Below are positions 8,584 through 19,138 of a stretch of DNA of 64,000 bases, in pieces. Origin of the DNA: Pseudomonadota bacterium (GTDB lineage: Bacteria; UBA10199; 2-02-FULL-44-16; JAAZCA01); NCBI GenBank assembly GCA_043798915.1, contig JAZDOG010000100.1, positions 1 through 64,000 of the forward strand. Direction: 5' to 3'. The position numbers and the translations under genes were made by a program. Below the pieces are notes generated by a model, which saw nothing but the letters and a program-made list of their open reading frames with translations, had not been told where the DNA came from and made no database searches. Every line of letters begins with the position of its first letter. Positions within the stretch are counted from its first letter, which is position 1.

Positions 8584-9756
8584 ATGAACTGCGATGTGGC
8601 GATAATAGGCGGCGGCGCGGCCGGGCTCATGTGCGCGATCGAGGCAGGGAAGAGAGGGCTCAGCGTGCTGGTCCTCGATCACAATGAACGCATCGGGCAA
8701 AAGCTCCTCGCCTCGGGCGGAGGCCGCTGCAACTTCACAAACCTGAACTCCTCGGCCGAACGCTACGTCTCGGAGAACGGCCATTTCGCCAAATCCGCGC
8801 TGGCGCGCTTCTCCCCTCATGACTTTGTCGCCATGCTCGAAAAACACCGCATACCATGGCGCGAGGAGGAAAACGGCCAGCTCTTCTGCGCGAGATCGTC
8901 GAGGGATGTGGTGGAGATGCTAGAGAAGGAGTGCAGGGGGGCAAGCGTCCGGATCGCTACAGGATGCCGCGTGCGCACCGTCGAAAAAAAGGGCCGATTC
9001 GTCATCGGATGCAGCCACGGAACCTTTGAGGCGGGCAGGCTCGTGATCGCCACGGGCGGGCTCTCCTATCCCTCTCTCGGCGCGAGCGGCTTCGGCCACC
9101 GGATTGCGAAAAAGTTCGGCATAGCCGTCACGGAACTCAAGCCCGGCCTCGTGCCGCTCATCTTCGGCACAGATGACAGGGCCAGATACGCGGGGCTCGC
9201 CGGCATATCGTTCGAGGCCTCGGTCTCGTGCCGCGGCAAGTCGTATCGAGGCGGCGCCCTCTTCACGCACAGGGGCTTAAGCGGCCCGGCGATACTCCAG
9301 ATATCTTCGCACTGGAGGAAGGGAGAGAGGATCGCGATCGATCTGTTTCCCGGCGAGGACGCGCTCAAGTTCCTCTCTGCAGAAAACCGGGCCGGGGGCA
9401 AGGCCGGGCTCAAGACGATCATCGCCCGCCGCCTGACGCAGAGGCTTGCAAACGCATGGTGCAGGGCAACAGCACCGTCGCGCCCGATCAGCTCCTGCTC
9501 GGAAGCCGAGCTGAAAAATATAGCGAAACTCCTCCACGGATGGAAAGTCCTGCCCTCAGGCACGGAGGGTTACGCAAAGGCGGAGGTCACGGTGGGCGGT
9601 GTCGACACGCACGGGATGTCATCGAAGACGATGGAATCGTCAAAGGTGCCGGGCCTCTATTTCATCGGCGAGGTCCTGGACGTCACGGGCGAACTCGGCG
9701 GATTCAATCTCCAATGGGCATGGGCCTCCGGCTCTGCGGCTGGCAGGGCGGTCTGA
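8584..9756 (+). CDS. HI0933/BaiN-family NAD(P)/FAD-dependent oxidoreductase
   Basis: IIGGGAAG, SGGGRCNFTN, LFTHRGLSGPAIL, VTVGGV, GGFNLQWAWASG. Confidence 0.92.
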   Translation: MNCDVAIIGGGAAGLMCAIEAGKRGLSVLVLDHNERIGQKLLASGGGRCNFTNLNSSAERYVSENGHFAKSALARFSPHDFVAMLEKHRIPWREEENGQLFCARSSRDVVEMLEKECRGASVRIATGCRVRTVEKKGRFVIGCSHGTFEAGRLVIATGGLSYPSLGASGFGHRIAKKFGIAVTELKPGLVPLIFGTDDRARYAGLAGISFEASVSCRGKSYRGGALFTHRGLSGPAILQISSHWRKGERIAIDLFPGEDALKFLSAENRAGGKAGLKTIIARRLTQRLANAWCRATAPSRPISSCSEAELKNIAKLLHGWKVLPSGTEGYAKAEVTVGGVDTHGMSSKTMESSKVPGLYFIGEVLDVTGELGGFNLQWAWASGSAAGRAV

Positions 9757-9793
9757 CGCTGGCCTTGAGTTTAAGCGGGCTGGAAGAACAGGA

Positions 9794-10153
9794 TCAAAGA
9801 ACGAAGAAAAGAACGACAGCGGATACCACTGCAACACCACCCAGCATGCCAGAGAACTCCTTTATAAACTTCCATGTATCAAGTTCCATCCCCAGCATTT
9901 CTTTCGCATCCTTGTTGCACAGGACAGAAATGCCCCGATAGCTCTTCGCCCTGCATATGGATGTGAGATAGTCATAGGCCATCTCTTTCTCTTTAGGATC
10001 GCCGTCGCGTTTGATGCCCGCATCCACGCCATCGATAAAGCTGCGATCGATCGTCAGCGGCCCGTTTTTTTCAATCCGACGGTCGAGCATCGATATCAGC
10101 TCGGGCATGGTCAATTGGCCAGGGCCAATCTTTTGTCCATCAGAAAGCGCCAT
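9794..10153 (-). CDS. Hypothetical protein with C-terminal transmembrane tail
   Basis: GGAGG RBS upstream; fills the intergenic gap; hydrophobic C-terminus. Confidence 0.6.
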   Translation of the reverse strand: MALSDGQKIGPGQLTMPELISMLDRRIEKNGPLTIDRSFIDGVDAGIKRDGDPKEKEMAYDYLTSICRAKSYRGISVLCNKDAKEMLGMELDTWKFIKEFSGMLGGVAVVSAVVLFFVL

Positions 10154-10255
10154 AGAATCCTCCGATCACCTTGTCTTCAAAAGAGCCACAAACCGCCAAG
10201 CGACTGTATATCTATATCAGCGGTCTGCAATAGTCAATATTGATTCTGGTCGAAA

Positions 10256-11008
10256 TCATTTCATCCCGCAGACGACGTCCGATGCCTTTATCCATCCGGT
10301 CTTCCCATCAGCTAGTCGGATCTTCCTCCAGCCGTCTTGCGCGCCGGAGATCGCCTCGAACTCCGCGCCATCATGGAGTTTGTAGAGGAGGACGTTCGAG
10401 TCGCCCGGGCCCGAATAGACGTTCGACTCCGCTGCGATGACCGCCCCAAACGGCCTTGTGAAGAGTTCCTTTTTCACCACGATGGACAAGAAACATATGG
10501 TCGCCGCCGCAAAACAGCACAGGAGGATGGTCAAATAGCCCCTCTTCAAGAAAAGCCTCGCCGATGAGGAGACGGCGGTCAAAAACATTCCGATCACGAC
10601 GAGAACCCAGGCGCCGCGCGGGCCGATGCCGCTCTCGACCGCGATAAACGCGCGCACAAGGATATTTCGTCTCGCCGGTTGGATCTGGTCTGTGGCCTCG
10701 CCTCTGAGATAGGCGAGGTCAGCATCGATCTCCGAATCGCGCGGCGCAATCTCATGCGCGAGCCTCATCTCGTAGATCGCCTCGCCGAGCCTTTCCTGTC
10801 TGAATATCGATCGCGCGAGGTTCGCATGAAGACCTGATGAGGGGCCCATCTCATCGATGAGCCCTCTGTAAGTTTTTTCCGCCTCCGCATAGCGCTCCTG
10901 CGCATACAGATCCGCGGCAGACCCGACCTCTCGAGCCGGATTCTCCGCATGAACGGTCCATGATGCGAGAACGACAAGACCTGCGACGAGAGCCGCGAAC
11001 CTCTTCAT
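10256..11008 (-). CDS. BatE-like TPR + SH3 protein
   Basis: Signal peptide, TPR, TM pair, C-terminal SH3 (LHDG...WRKIRLADGKTGWI). Confidence 0.85.
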   Translation of the reverse strand: MKRFAALVAGLVVLASWTVHAENPAREVGSAADLYAQERYAEAEKTYRGLIDEMGPSSGLHANLARSIFRQERLGEAIYEMRLAHEIAPRDSEIDADLAYLRGEATDQIQPARRNILVRAFIAVESGIGPRGAWVLVVIGMFLTAVSSSARLFLKRGYLTILLCCFAAATICFLSIVVKKELFTRPFGAVIAAESNVYSGPGDSNVLLYKLHDGAEFEAISGAQDGWRKIRLADGKTGWIKASDVVCGMK

Positions 11009-12789
11009 AGGACCTCCCGGTCGAGCTTCTTTATGAGGTCCATGAGCCTCTTCTCCATCGCCAGCCGTCCATTATCGTCAGGCATCTTTCCTCCATAGAG
11101 CCCGTCTTCGCAAACGCCGAGGAAGAGTGCCGCCATCCGGAGCGTCCCCGCGGAAAATCCGAGCGCGGCAAGCCTCTCCTCAACCTCGTTCGGCGTGATG
11201 GAGCGGCCGTCGATGTTCGCCTTGTCTCCGATGAAATCCCGGAGGATGCCCGACGAAAGTTCCAGAAACTCCCTCCCGCCCTTTCCGCGAAGCTCGCGAA
11301 CCCTCTTCCTCGCGAATTTCATGGCGCCGTTTCTCCTCACGAAGGCGACATCCATCCTCGCGATCATCCTCGACCTCATCACGAGCACGACGGCAAATGC
11401 GGCCACCGGAAAGAGCGCGAGCACCATGAAGATGATCCTCGCCGATCCATCCACACCGTCCTTCCTGACTCCATCCATATCGCGAACGACGGGCATGAGA
11501 TCCCGCCCAACCAGCTTCACCTCGCTCTTCGACTTTCCCGAAGGAGGCAGGGCGTTGGGCTGCGCTGAGAGCGGTTTTTCTGAAGGGAAGACCTTGAGCC
11601 TGGTGGGACCAGTGGCGATCGTCCCATACTTTTTCTGTTCCGGATCGAAGAAACTCAAGGAGAACGGCGCAATCTCGATATCGCCCTCGGCAAGCGGCAC
11701 GACGGCCATCGTAAAGACCTTGCTCCCGCCTACGCCGCCCTCTGCGGGCGCCGCCTTTGTCACCGGCTGGTCCTTGTAGACCTTGAAGCGCTCCGAATTC
11801 GCCAGGGCAGGCTCCGGAACGTCGCGCACGTTGCCGCTGCCGCTCACCGTTACGGTCAAGGTAACCGAATCGCCAACCTTGACATCGTGCGCACTCGCCC
11901 TGGCCTCGATCTGAAATTTTCCGATGAGCCCCGCGAAGTCCACGGGCCTCCCCTCCGCCGGCGTCTCCTTCACATCGAGAAGCATCTCCTTCGTGGAGAA
12001 AGCGCGCCTCTGCGCCTCCCCGACACCGCCGAAGAGCCGCATGTCGAAGACGGATGAAGGCTGGCGCTTCGACGGAACGACCATGTCTGCCACTATCCTC
12101 ATTGGGGTGATCTTGATTTTCCCGGCCCTCGCGGGAAAAAGCGCCCAGCGGATCTCGTTCACGCCGAAGCGCTGCCCGCCTATCACCTCTTCGCGATGGA
12201 CCATATCGCCGATCTGCTCCTTCCAGAATCCCTCGAAGTTCGACGGTTCGAGCTGCGCGTTCTGAACAGGCACCCTGCTGGCAAACTTGAGCTTCGCAAT
12301 AACCTGCTCGTTCACGTACGGCTGCTGATTGGAGACCTCGAGCGAGATGAACGCATCGCGCTCCTCCGGGGCGCCGGCCTGACCCCCGGCGGCATTCGAA
12401 TCGGCCATGACAGTTATGGTCACGGCGTTGCTCTCTATCGCCTTGCCGCCGTCCGAGGCGACCGCAGGCCCTATGGTGAACTGCCCCGGCTTCTGAGGCA
12501 CAAGGTTGTATTGATACACCTTCGACGAGCTCATCTTCCCGTTGATGAGCTGGAACTGCGAGCTCTGCAGGGTTCCTGCAATGCTGAAAGCCTCGACGTT
12601 CCGAATCTTCGGCTCAGAATCTATCCCTCCCTCCGCCTTGATCTCCACGACGACCCGCTCTCCCGCTGCCACGGTCGTCCGGTCAACGGTCATGGCAAGC
12701 GTCGCAGCGGATGCGACGGCAGAAGAGAGCCACAGCGATGTCATGACCGCCAGACAGAGAGAACGCCTGATGAACATATCGGACTCCAT
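11005..12789 (-). CDS. batD: BatD-family protein
   Basis: Signal peptide, repeated beta-rich domains (G.FTIGPA, VGDSVTLTVTVSGSGN), C-terminal TM; operon position. Confidence 0.85.
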   Translation of the reverse strand: MESDMFIRRSLCLAVMTSLWLSSAVASAATLAMTVDRTTVAAGERVVVEIKAEGGIDSEPKIRNVEAFSIAGTLQSSQFQLINGKMSSSKVYQYNLVPQKPGQFTIGPAVASDGGKAIESNAVTITVMADSNAAGGQAGAPEERDAFISLEVSNQQPYVNEQVIAKLKFASRVPVQNAQLEPSNFEGFWKEQIGDMVHREEVIGGQRFGVNEIRWALFPARAGKIKITPMRIVADMVVPSKRQPSSVFDMRLFGGVGEAQRRAFSTKEMLLDVKETPAEGRPVDFAGLIGKFQIEARASAHDVKVGDSVTLTVTVSGSGNVRDVPEPALANSERFKVYKDQPVTKAAPAEGGVGGSKVFTMAVVPLAEGDIEIAPFSLSFFDPEQKKYGTIATGPTRLKVFPSEKPLSAQPNALPPSGKSKSEVKLVGRDLMPVVRDMDGVRKDGVDGSARIIFMVLALFPVAAFAVVLVMRSRMIARMDVAFVRRNGAMKFARKRVRELRGKGGREFLELSSGILRDFIGDKANIDGRSITPNEVEERLAALGFSAGTLRMAALFLGVCEDGLYGGKMPDDNGRLAMEKRLMDLIKKLDREVL

Positions 12790-12798
12790 TGGTGCCGG

Positions 12799-14526
12799 CT
12801 ACCATTCGCCCTTGCCCGGATGCTTTCCCAGCCCGCGCTTGTCATCCGCATTTATCCTGATCTTCCCCTCGCGCACCGCGGAGAGGAAGCGGTTCGCCTC
12901 TTCCTTCGTCATCGTCCCTTCTTCCTTCATCTCCCCTGCCCTGGCCTCGGCCTTCTTCCCATCATCCCGGCCTGCCGCCTCAGCATTCATCTTCTCATCG
13001 CCCGCCTTCCCTTGGGACTCCTTCTTTTCACCCTCTTTATTCTTCTCATCCTCTTTCTTCTGCTGGTCCTGGCCATCGCCTTTTTGCTGCTGCTGCTTCT
13101 TCAACTCCAGCGCCTTTTTTGCAAGCTCCAGATTGTATTTCGCATCCGCATCCTTCGGATCGAGTTTAAGCGCATCCTCGTAAGATTTGACGGCGTCCTC
13201 GAGCTTTAGCCCCTTGAAGAACGAGTTGCCGAGATTGTATACGCTCCTCTCCTTGAGCGCACCCTTCAATTTTTCCGACATGCCCGAGTACATCTTCGCC
13301 GCTTCGTCGAATTTTCCGAGCTTGTAGCAGCTGTTCGCGATATTGTACGAAAGCCTCAAGTCGTTCGGATCGTCCACTTGGGCCGACAGGAAGCTCTCCA
13401 GCGCCTCCGCATATTTTCCTTCATTATAGAACCGCTCTCCCTCTCTGGCCTTCCCCGTCACACCGAACGCCATCGCCTCGCCGCTGATGAAGAGCAGGGC
13501 GATCATCGCGACCCATGGAAGCTTCGGCCATCGCCTTCGCCCTTTTTTCGCAGACATGAGCGCCTCGGCCATGAGCATTGCGAGCGCCGCGAACAACAAC
13601 CACTCGAAGCGGTCTATGAAATGCTTCTGCCTCCCGCCCTTCAACTCCATCTCATTCAACCCCCCTCGGATATCCCTGTAGATCTTCGTGATGTCGCTGT
13701 CGTTCGCGGTCGCCCCAAAGCTCAACGCCCCGGTCTCGCTCGAAATTCTGCTGAGCGTGGCTTCGTCGAGTTTCGAAAGCACCATCGCCCCGCCGCCGTC
13801 CTTCATGAATCCGCCGCCCGGAGACGGTATCGGAGCGCCGTCCGGCGTGCCGACCCCCAGCGTGTAGATCTTCACGCCGAATTCCTTCGCGCGCGCTATC
13901 GCGCCGTCCACATCACCGCCCAGGTCCTCGCCGTCGGAGATGAGGAGTATCGCGCGGCTCTCAGGCTTGCCCTTCGAAAGCGCTTTTATCGAGATGTCGA
14001 TCGCGTCGGCGAGCGACGTGCCCGGGGACGGGACGAGGCCCGTCTCGATCTGGTTCGTGAAGAGCCTGATCGCCCCGTAGTCGAGAGTCAGCGGCGTCAT
14101 CACGAAGGCCCTGCCGGAGAAGGCCACGAGCCCGACGCGATCCCCTTCGAGGATGTTCAGGAAATCCTCGATCTTCCTCTTCGCAACAACGAGCCTGGAT
14201 GGCGATGCGTCAGCGGCATGCATGCTCTTCGACACGTCGACGACGATCATGATATCGACGCCGCGGCGCTTCACATCCTCCCAGCGAAATCCCCATTGCG
14301 GTCGTGCGAGCGCCAGGAGCATCAGCAGAACGACCAGCGCGACCAGGACCTCCTTGAGTTTCAGCCTGGACAGCACGACCTCATCGGCGAGCCTCTCCGC
14401 GAGAGCAGCTTCGGCGAATCTCTGCCAGGCGATCCTCCTCTTTCCCCAGGCCCACGCGAGGAAGAACGCGAGCGCAGGCAGGATCAGCAGGAGGAAGAGA
14501 TATGTCGAATCCGCAAATCTCATCAT
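12799..14526 (-). CDS. BatB/BatC fusion, VWA + TPR protein
   Basis: LARPQWG, DVSKSM MIDAS, ISDGED, TPRs with YNLGN, charged tail. Confidence 0.88.
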   Translation of the reverse strand: MMRFADSTYLFLLLILPALAFFLAWAWGKRRIAWQRFAEAALAERLADEVVLSRLKLKEVLVALVVLLMLLALARPQWGFRWEDVKRRGVDIMIVVDVSKSMHAADASPSRLVVAKRKIEDFLNILEGDRVGLVAFSGRAFVMTPLTLDYGAIRLFTNQIETGLVPSPGTSLADAIDISIKALSKGKPESRAILLISDGEDLGGDVDGAIARAKEFGVKIYTLGVGTPDGAPIPSPGGGFMKDGGGAMVLSKLDEATLSRISSETGALSFGATANDSDITKIYRDIRGGLNEMELKGGRQKHFIDRFEWLLFAALAMLMAEALMSAKKGRRRWPKLPWVAMIALLFISGEAMAFGVTGKAREGERFYNEGKYAEALESFLSAQVDDPNDLRLSYNIANSCYKLGKFDEAAKMYSGMSEKLKGALKERSVYNLGNSFFKGLKLEDAVKSYEDALKLDPKDADAKYNLELAKKALELKKQQQQKGDGQDQQKKEDEKNKEGEKKESQGKAGDEKMNAEAAGRDDGKKAEARAGEMKEEGTMTKEEANRFLSAVREGKIRINADDKRGLGKHPGKGEW

Positions 14527-15527
14527 GGTATTTTCCGAAGCCTCGTCCTCGAGAGCAGGATCTCGACGAGGAATATGATGATCGCCGGGATCAAAAACAG
14601 GTGAAAGAACTCGTCGTACTCCACATACTCCTTCACCTTCGCCCCGCTCTTCTCGAGTTTGTCAATGTCGCCGTAGATACTCGCGAGTTTCCCGGTGTCG
14701 GAGGCGTTGTAATATTTCGCCTTGGTGATCTCGGCGATCTTCCTGAGCGTATCCTCGTCGAGGTCCACCCTTTGGTATACCATCTGTTTTCCGAAAACCG
14801 TGTCGACCATGAACGGCGCCGGCTTGTTCGTGCCTATGCCTATGGTGTACACCTTGATGCCGAAGGCCGCCGCGATCTCCGCGGCCTTTTCCGGCGCTAT
14901 CTGCCCGGAGTTGCTGCGGCCATCGGTCATGAGCACCATGACCTTCGACTGCGCCTTCAGGTTCTTGATGCGCTCCGTTCCGACGGCTATCGCGTCGCCG
15001 ATCGCCGTGGAATCGCCGGCCATCCCCACCTCGAGATCGGAGAGCAAGGTTCTCAGGAGGTCGTGATCGAGCGTGAGCGGCGCCTGGGTGAAGGCCTCGG
15101 CGCCAAAGACGACCATCCCGATCCGGTCGCCCGGCCTCTTCTCCAGAAAATCCGCTACGGCGCTCCCCACCGCATCGAGCCTCGAGGCGCGCTTGTCGCC
15201 CACGGTGAAGTCGAGCGCGGCCATGCTGCCGGAGGTGTCGAGCGTAAGGATGATGTCCACGCCGACGCTTTCGACCTCTGTCTCCTTCCGTCCGTGCTGG
15301 GGCCTGGCCATCGCGATTATCACGAGCGCAACCACGGCGATCCTCAGGATCAGCGGCAGCGTCCGCTTCCAGGAGATATTTCCGATGCCGAGCTCCGTGA
15401 GCGGCTTCAGGCCCTTGAGGTGCGCAAGGCTCGAGAAGTGGAACGCCGCGCCGCGCGACCTGAGGATGAGCAGCACCGGCACACACAGGAAGATCAGCAG
15501 GAGCAGATATGGATGCGCGAACCTCAT
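14523..15527 (-). CDS. batA: BatA-like VWA domain protein
   Basis: ARPQ, LDTSGSM, TAIGDAI, MTDGRSNSG, KVYTIGIG. Confidence 0.88.
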   Translation of the reverse strand: MRFAHPYLLLLIFLCVPVLLILRSRGAAFHFSSLAHLKGLKPLTELGIGNISWKRTLPLILRIAVVALVIIAMARPQHGRKETEVESVGVDIILTLDTSGSMAALDFTVGDKRASRLDAVGSAVADFLEKRPGDRIGMVVFGAEAFTQAPLTLDHDLLRTLLSDLEVGMAGDSTAIGDAIAVGTERIKNLKAQSKVMVLMTDGRSNSGQIAPEKAAEIAAAFGIKVYTIGIGTNKPAPFMVDTVFGKQMVYQRVDLDEDTLRKIAEITKAKYYNASDTGKLASIYGDIDKLEKSGAKVKEYVEYDEFFHLFLIPAIIIFLVEILLSRTRLRKIP

Positions 15528-16069
15528 GAGCCTGCCTCCACCGCGACCCGCTCCATTTCGCGCGTGCGCTCGACAAACCCGATCGATTCGCCTTTGAGTC
15601 CGATCGCGGCCTCCCGCCCGAAGAGCATCTCTGCAAACTTCACGCAGTCGGCCTTCATGAGTATCGCGAGGACCGCGCCGATCTCATTCCTGTCGATCGA
15701 CGTGCCGGGAAGCCTCTCCGCGATCTCCTCCGTGGTCATGTCCGTAGTGGATATCCCGAAGCGCGCTTCGAGGTACCGGCGAACGATCTCGGAGATGCTG
15801 AAGTGAAACAGCCTCTCGCAAACGGGGTTGAAATCATCATCCGCGACAAGCGCGCCGAGCGCCTCGAACGCAACTTCGTGGGCAGGCCTCGGCGGCACAG
15901 CGGGCTCCGGAATCGCGGCCAGTTTCCTCCTTCTGAAGCAATAAAAGAGCGCGATGGCGACAAGGACCAGGATGAGCGCGCCGGCAGCGAACAAAAGCGG
16001 CGAATACTGGAAGTGCTCGAGCCCCTTTATATCCTTCAACTCCATCGCCCCTTGAGCGGCCTCCCCCAC
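15524..16069 (-). CDS. Bat-operon membrane protein (DUF4381-like)
   Basis: LKDIK, TM, PAHEVA, RRYLE...MTTEE, ADCVKFA. Confidence 0.75.
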   Translation of the reverse strand: MGEAAQGAMELKDIKGLEHFQYSPLLFAAGALILVLVAIALFYCFRRRKLAAIPEPAVPPRPAHEVAFEALGALVADDDFNPVCERLFHFSISEIVRRYLEARFGISTTDMTTEEIAERLPGTSIDRNEIGAVLAILMKADCVKFAEMLFGREAAIGLKGESIGFVERTREMERVAVEAGS

Positions 16070-16070
16070 G

Positions 16071-16961
16071 CTACCCCCTCTTCTCCCTCTGCCGGAAAAA
16101 TCTTATTATCGGATCTATCACCGATCCGCCGGTCTCCACGTTTATGAATTCCACGCCGGCCATTCGAAAGAGATACTCCCTGCGCTTCTTTTCCATCCTC
16201 ACCTCGGCGCGCCAGATCGCCCTCGTGCCTTCGAGGCCGGTGTCGATGAGCATCTGATCGCCACCCTCCATGTCCCGGAGCTCGATGAGGCCAACGTCCG
16301 GCATCTCCCGTTCATGCGGATCTGTGACGTTCACGGCGATCAGGTCATGGTGCTTCGCCGTCCGCTTGAGGAGCTTGTCATAGCCCTCTCCCTGAAAATC
16401 GGAGATGAGGAACGCAACGAGGCGGCGCTTCGCTACGCGGTTCAGGTAATCGAGCGGCAGGCTCAAATCGGTCTCCACCGCCGTCGATTTGTAGGAGAGG
16501 ATATCCCTGATCACGCGCCAGATGTGGCCGTGCCCCTTCTTGGGCGGCACGTAATGCTCCACCTTGTCCGAGAATATGATGAGGCCGGTCTTGTCGTTGT
16601 TCCTGAGCGCCGTGTAGGCGAGCAGCGCCGCGACCTCCGCCGCCACCTCGCTCTTGAAGCGGCGCCTCGTGCCGAACCGCATGCTCGCCGAGACGTCCAC
16701 GATGAACATGATCGTGAGCTCGCGCTCCTCGCGGAAGAGCTTGATGTGCGGCACGCCGGTCCGCGCGGTGACGTTCCAGTCTATCGCGCGCACGTCGTCG
16801 CCTGGGTTGTAGAGCCTCACCTCCTCGAACTCCATCCCGCGCCCCTTGAACGCGGACTGGTATTCGCCCGCGAAGAGCTCGCTCACGAGCGATCGCATGC
16901 GGAACTGGATCCGTTTCATCTGTGCCAGGAGTTCAGGGCTTAGAGGTGTGGTATCGTTCAT
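16071..16961 (-). CDS. DUF58 domain protein
   Basis: FKGRGMEFEEVRLYNPGDDVRAIDWNVTAR, FLISDF. Confidence 0.92.
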   Translation of the reverse strand: MNDTTPLSPELLAQMKRIQFRMRSLVSELFAGEYQSAFKGRGMEFEEVRLYNPGDDVRAIDWNVTARTGVPHIKLFREERELTIMFIVDVSASMRFGTRRRFKSEVAAEVAALLAYTALRNNDKTGLIIFSDKVEHYVPPKKGHGHIWRVIRDILSYKSTAVETDLSLPLDYLNRVAKRRLVAFLISDFQGEGYDKLLKRTAKHHDLIAVNVTDPHEREMPDVGLIELRDMEGGDQMLIDTGLEGTRAIWRAEVRMEKKRREYLFRMAGVEFINVETGGSVIDPIIRFFRQREKRG

Positions 16962-16976
16962 ATACCTCGATATCCT

Positions 16977-17966
16977 CTACGGCACATCGATCTTGTCGAA
17001 TATCCTCTGGACGATTTCCTCGGGCTTCATGTCGCGCGCCTCCGCCTCGTAAGAAATGATGACGCGGTGGCGGAGCACGTCGAGGCCGATCGACTTTATG
17101 TCCTGCGGCGTCACGAACCCCCGGCCATGCATGAACGCGAAGGCCTTCGCCGCCTGGATGAGATAGATCGACGCGCGCGGAGAAGCCCCGTACTGGATGA
17201 GAGGCTTCAATTCGGCGAGCCCGAATTTTTCCGGATCGCGCGAGGCGAAGACGACGTCCGCAACATAGCCGTACAGCTTCTCCTCGACATGGATGCTCGC
17301 CACCACCTCGCGCATCGAGATGACCTCCTCTGGCGAGAACACCGGAGCCACAGCTATCTCGCCGCCAGACTCCATTCTCCTCACTATCTGGATCTCCTCG
17401 TCGCGCGAGGGGTAATCGACCCTTATCTTCATTATGAAGCGGTCGACCTCCGCCTCGGGCAGCGGATAGGTCCCCTCATGCTCAATCGGGTTCTGTGTGG
17501 CCATCACGAGGAACGGCTTCGGGAGCTTGAGCGTCGCGTCTCCGATCGTCACCTGCCTCTCCTGCATCGCCTCGAGCAACGCGCTCTGCACCTTGGCCGG
17601 CGCCCGGTTGATCTCGTCGGCGAGGACGAGGTTCGCGAACACGGGCCCCTTCTTCACGCTGAAGGAGTGGTCGTGCGGGTTGTAGACCTGTGTGCCCACG
17701 ACATCCGCGGGCAGAAGGTCAGGCGTGAACTGTATCCTCTTAAACTCCGAGCTCATCGCCTGCGCAAGCGTCTTGACCGCCGTCGTCTTGGCCAACCCCG
17801 GCACGCCCTCCACGAGCACGTGGCCGTCCGCCAGAAGCCCTATCAGCAGCCGCTCCACCATCATCCGCTGCCCGACGATGACGCGCCCCACCTCCTCCAC
17901 GATCTTCGCGAGCAGCGGCGCCTTGGCCCTCACCTCGTTCTCGATCATCTCGATATTCTGGCTCAT
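16977..17966 (-). CDS. moxR: MoxR-family AAA+ ATPase
   Basis: GVPGLAKT, RIQFTPDLLPAD, LADEINRAPAKVQSALLEAM, GASPRAS. Confidence 0.95.
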   Translation of the reverse strand: MSQNIEMIENEVRAKAPLLAKIVEEVGRVIVGQRMMVERLLIGLLADGHVLVEGVPGLAKTTAVKTLAQAMSSEFKRIQFTPDLLPADVVGTQVYNPHDHSFSVKKGPVFANLVLADEINRAPAKVQSALLEAMQERQVTIGDATLKLPKPFLVMATQNPIEHEGTYPLPEAEVDRFIMKIRVDYPSRDEEIQIVRRMESGGEIAVAPVFSPEEVISMREVVASIHVEEKLYGYVADVVFASRDPEKFGLAELKPLIQYGASPRASIYLIQAAKAFAFMHGRGFVTPQDIKSIGLDVLRHRVIISYEAEARDMKPEEIVQRIFDKIDVP

Positions 17967-17970
17967 GGAA

Positions 17971-18990
17971 TTACCCTCCGTTTTTCTCCATCTCCAAAAG
18001 CTTCTTTACCTCGCGGTCAAAGTCGGACACGTAGTTCTTGTCCTGCACTATGCGATATTTTTCATATTCTTTCAGTGCCAGCGTTTCCGCCACTTCGTGG
18101 CTTATCTTTCCAGCATTCGTCAAAATTTCATATTCACTGAATTTGAGAAAGGCATTCAATTTTACAATCCAATCTTTCATCGTCATTGCCCGACCACGAG
18201 CGGCTTGCATCTCGGCATAATCAAGATACATATTTCCAATGCGGTTCAAATGCTCAAGCTCTTTTTTGTCCAGGTAATTTTTGGCAATCACTGTATCGCT
18301 TGGCATGATTTTCCCTTGCGGGGAGCGCCGCCAAGAGGTTAATCCCATTTTGTCTTTTTTGCTGTTTGCGCGATCCGTGATAATTTCTGCCGCAGTTTTG
18401 CCGGTTATAGCAAAATGAAGTTTGTTTTGTACGGTAGCGAAAAATTGCTTGCTCTCATACGCTTTTGGCGAATAGTCAACTGCTGTCGCATAAATATCGG
18501 TGATTTTTTGATAAATCCTGCGCTCACTGGTGCGGATGTCCTTGATTTCTTCATAAAGCTCATCAAAATATCTGGCGCTAAAACGAGAGCCATATTTCAT
18601 CCGATTGACGTCCAGAGCATAGCCCTTGTGAATATAATTTTTCAAAATTCCAGTCGCCCACTGGCGAAACTGTGTGCCTCGCTCGGAGCTCACTCGATAA
18701 CCAACAGCAATAATAGCCTCAAGGCTATAAAAAGCGACCTTCCGGGCAACTTCCCTTTCGCCCTCTATTTGAACTACCGAGAATTCCTCGGTAGTTGATT
18801 TTTGATCAACCTCATTTTCCTTATATATATTCTTTAAGTGGAGTGAAATATTATCTGTCGAGCAATCAAAAAGCTCGGCCATTTTTTTCTGAGTCAGCCA
18901 AATATTCTCTTCGGCAAATAACACTTCAATATTTACCGAGCCGTCCGGAGATTGATAGAAAGCGATCTGATTATCTGGTATTTTTTTCAT
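17971..18990 (-). CDS. Virulence RhuM-family protein
   Basis: WLTQKKMAELF, IIAVGYRVSS, FRQWAT, FFATVQNKLHFA, AKNYL; AT-richer than flanks. Confidence 0.9.
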   Translation of the reverse strand: MKKIPDNQIAFYQSPDGSVNIEVLFAEENIWLTQKKMAELFDCSTDNISLHLKNIYKENEVDQKSTTEEFSVVQIEGEREVARKVAFYSLEAIIAVGYRVSSERGTQFRQWATGILKNYIHKGYALDVNRMKYGSRFSARYFDELYEEIKDIRTSERRIYQKITDIYATAVDYSPKAYESKQFFATVQNKLHFAITGKTAAEIITDRANSKKDKMGLTSWRRSPQGKIMPSDTVIAKNYLDKKELEHLNRIGNMYLDYAEMQAARGRAMTMKDWIVKLNAFLKFSEYEILTNAGKISHEVAETLALKEYEKYRIVQDKNYVSDFDREVKKLLEMEKNGG

Positions 18991-19075
18991 AAGTTTTTAT
19001 ACAATAGTTATCCAGTCATCCCTGATCTTCTTTTCGAGTTTATGCGCCATTACTCCATGACCGGTGGTTCGTGCC

Positions 19076-19133
19076 CGTGGTTTTCATCGGCTCCGACATG
19101 AGAACTGTCCCATGTCCAGACTTGACCCCTTTA
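19076..19133. repeat. 58-bp direct repeat, copy 1
   Basis: cgtggttttcatcggctccgacatgagaactgtcccatgtccagacttgaccccttta; 2 mismatches to copy 2. Confidence 0.9.
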
Positions 19134-19138
19134 ACTTT

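Noticed and set aside
10256..17966. MoxR-DUF58-VWA-TPR cluster as a novel system
   Set aside because: Matches the known Bat operon architecture.
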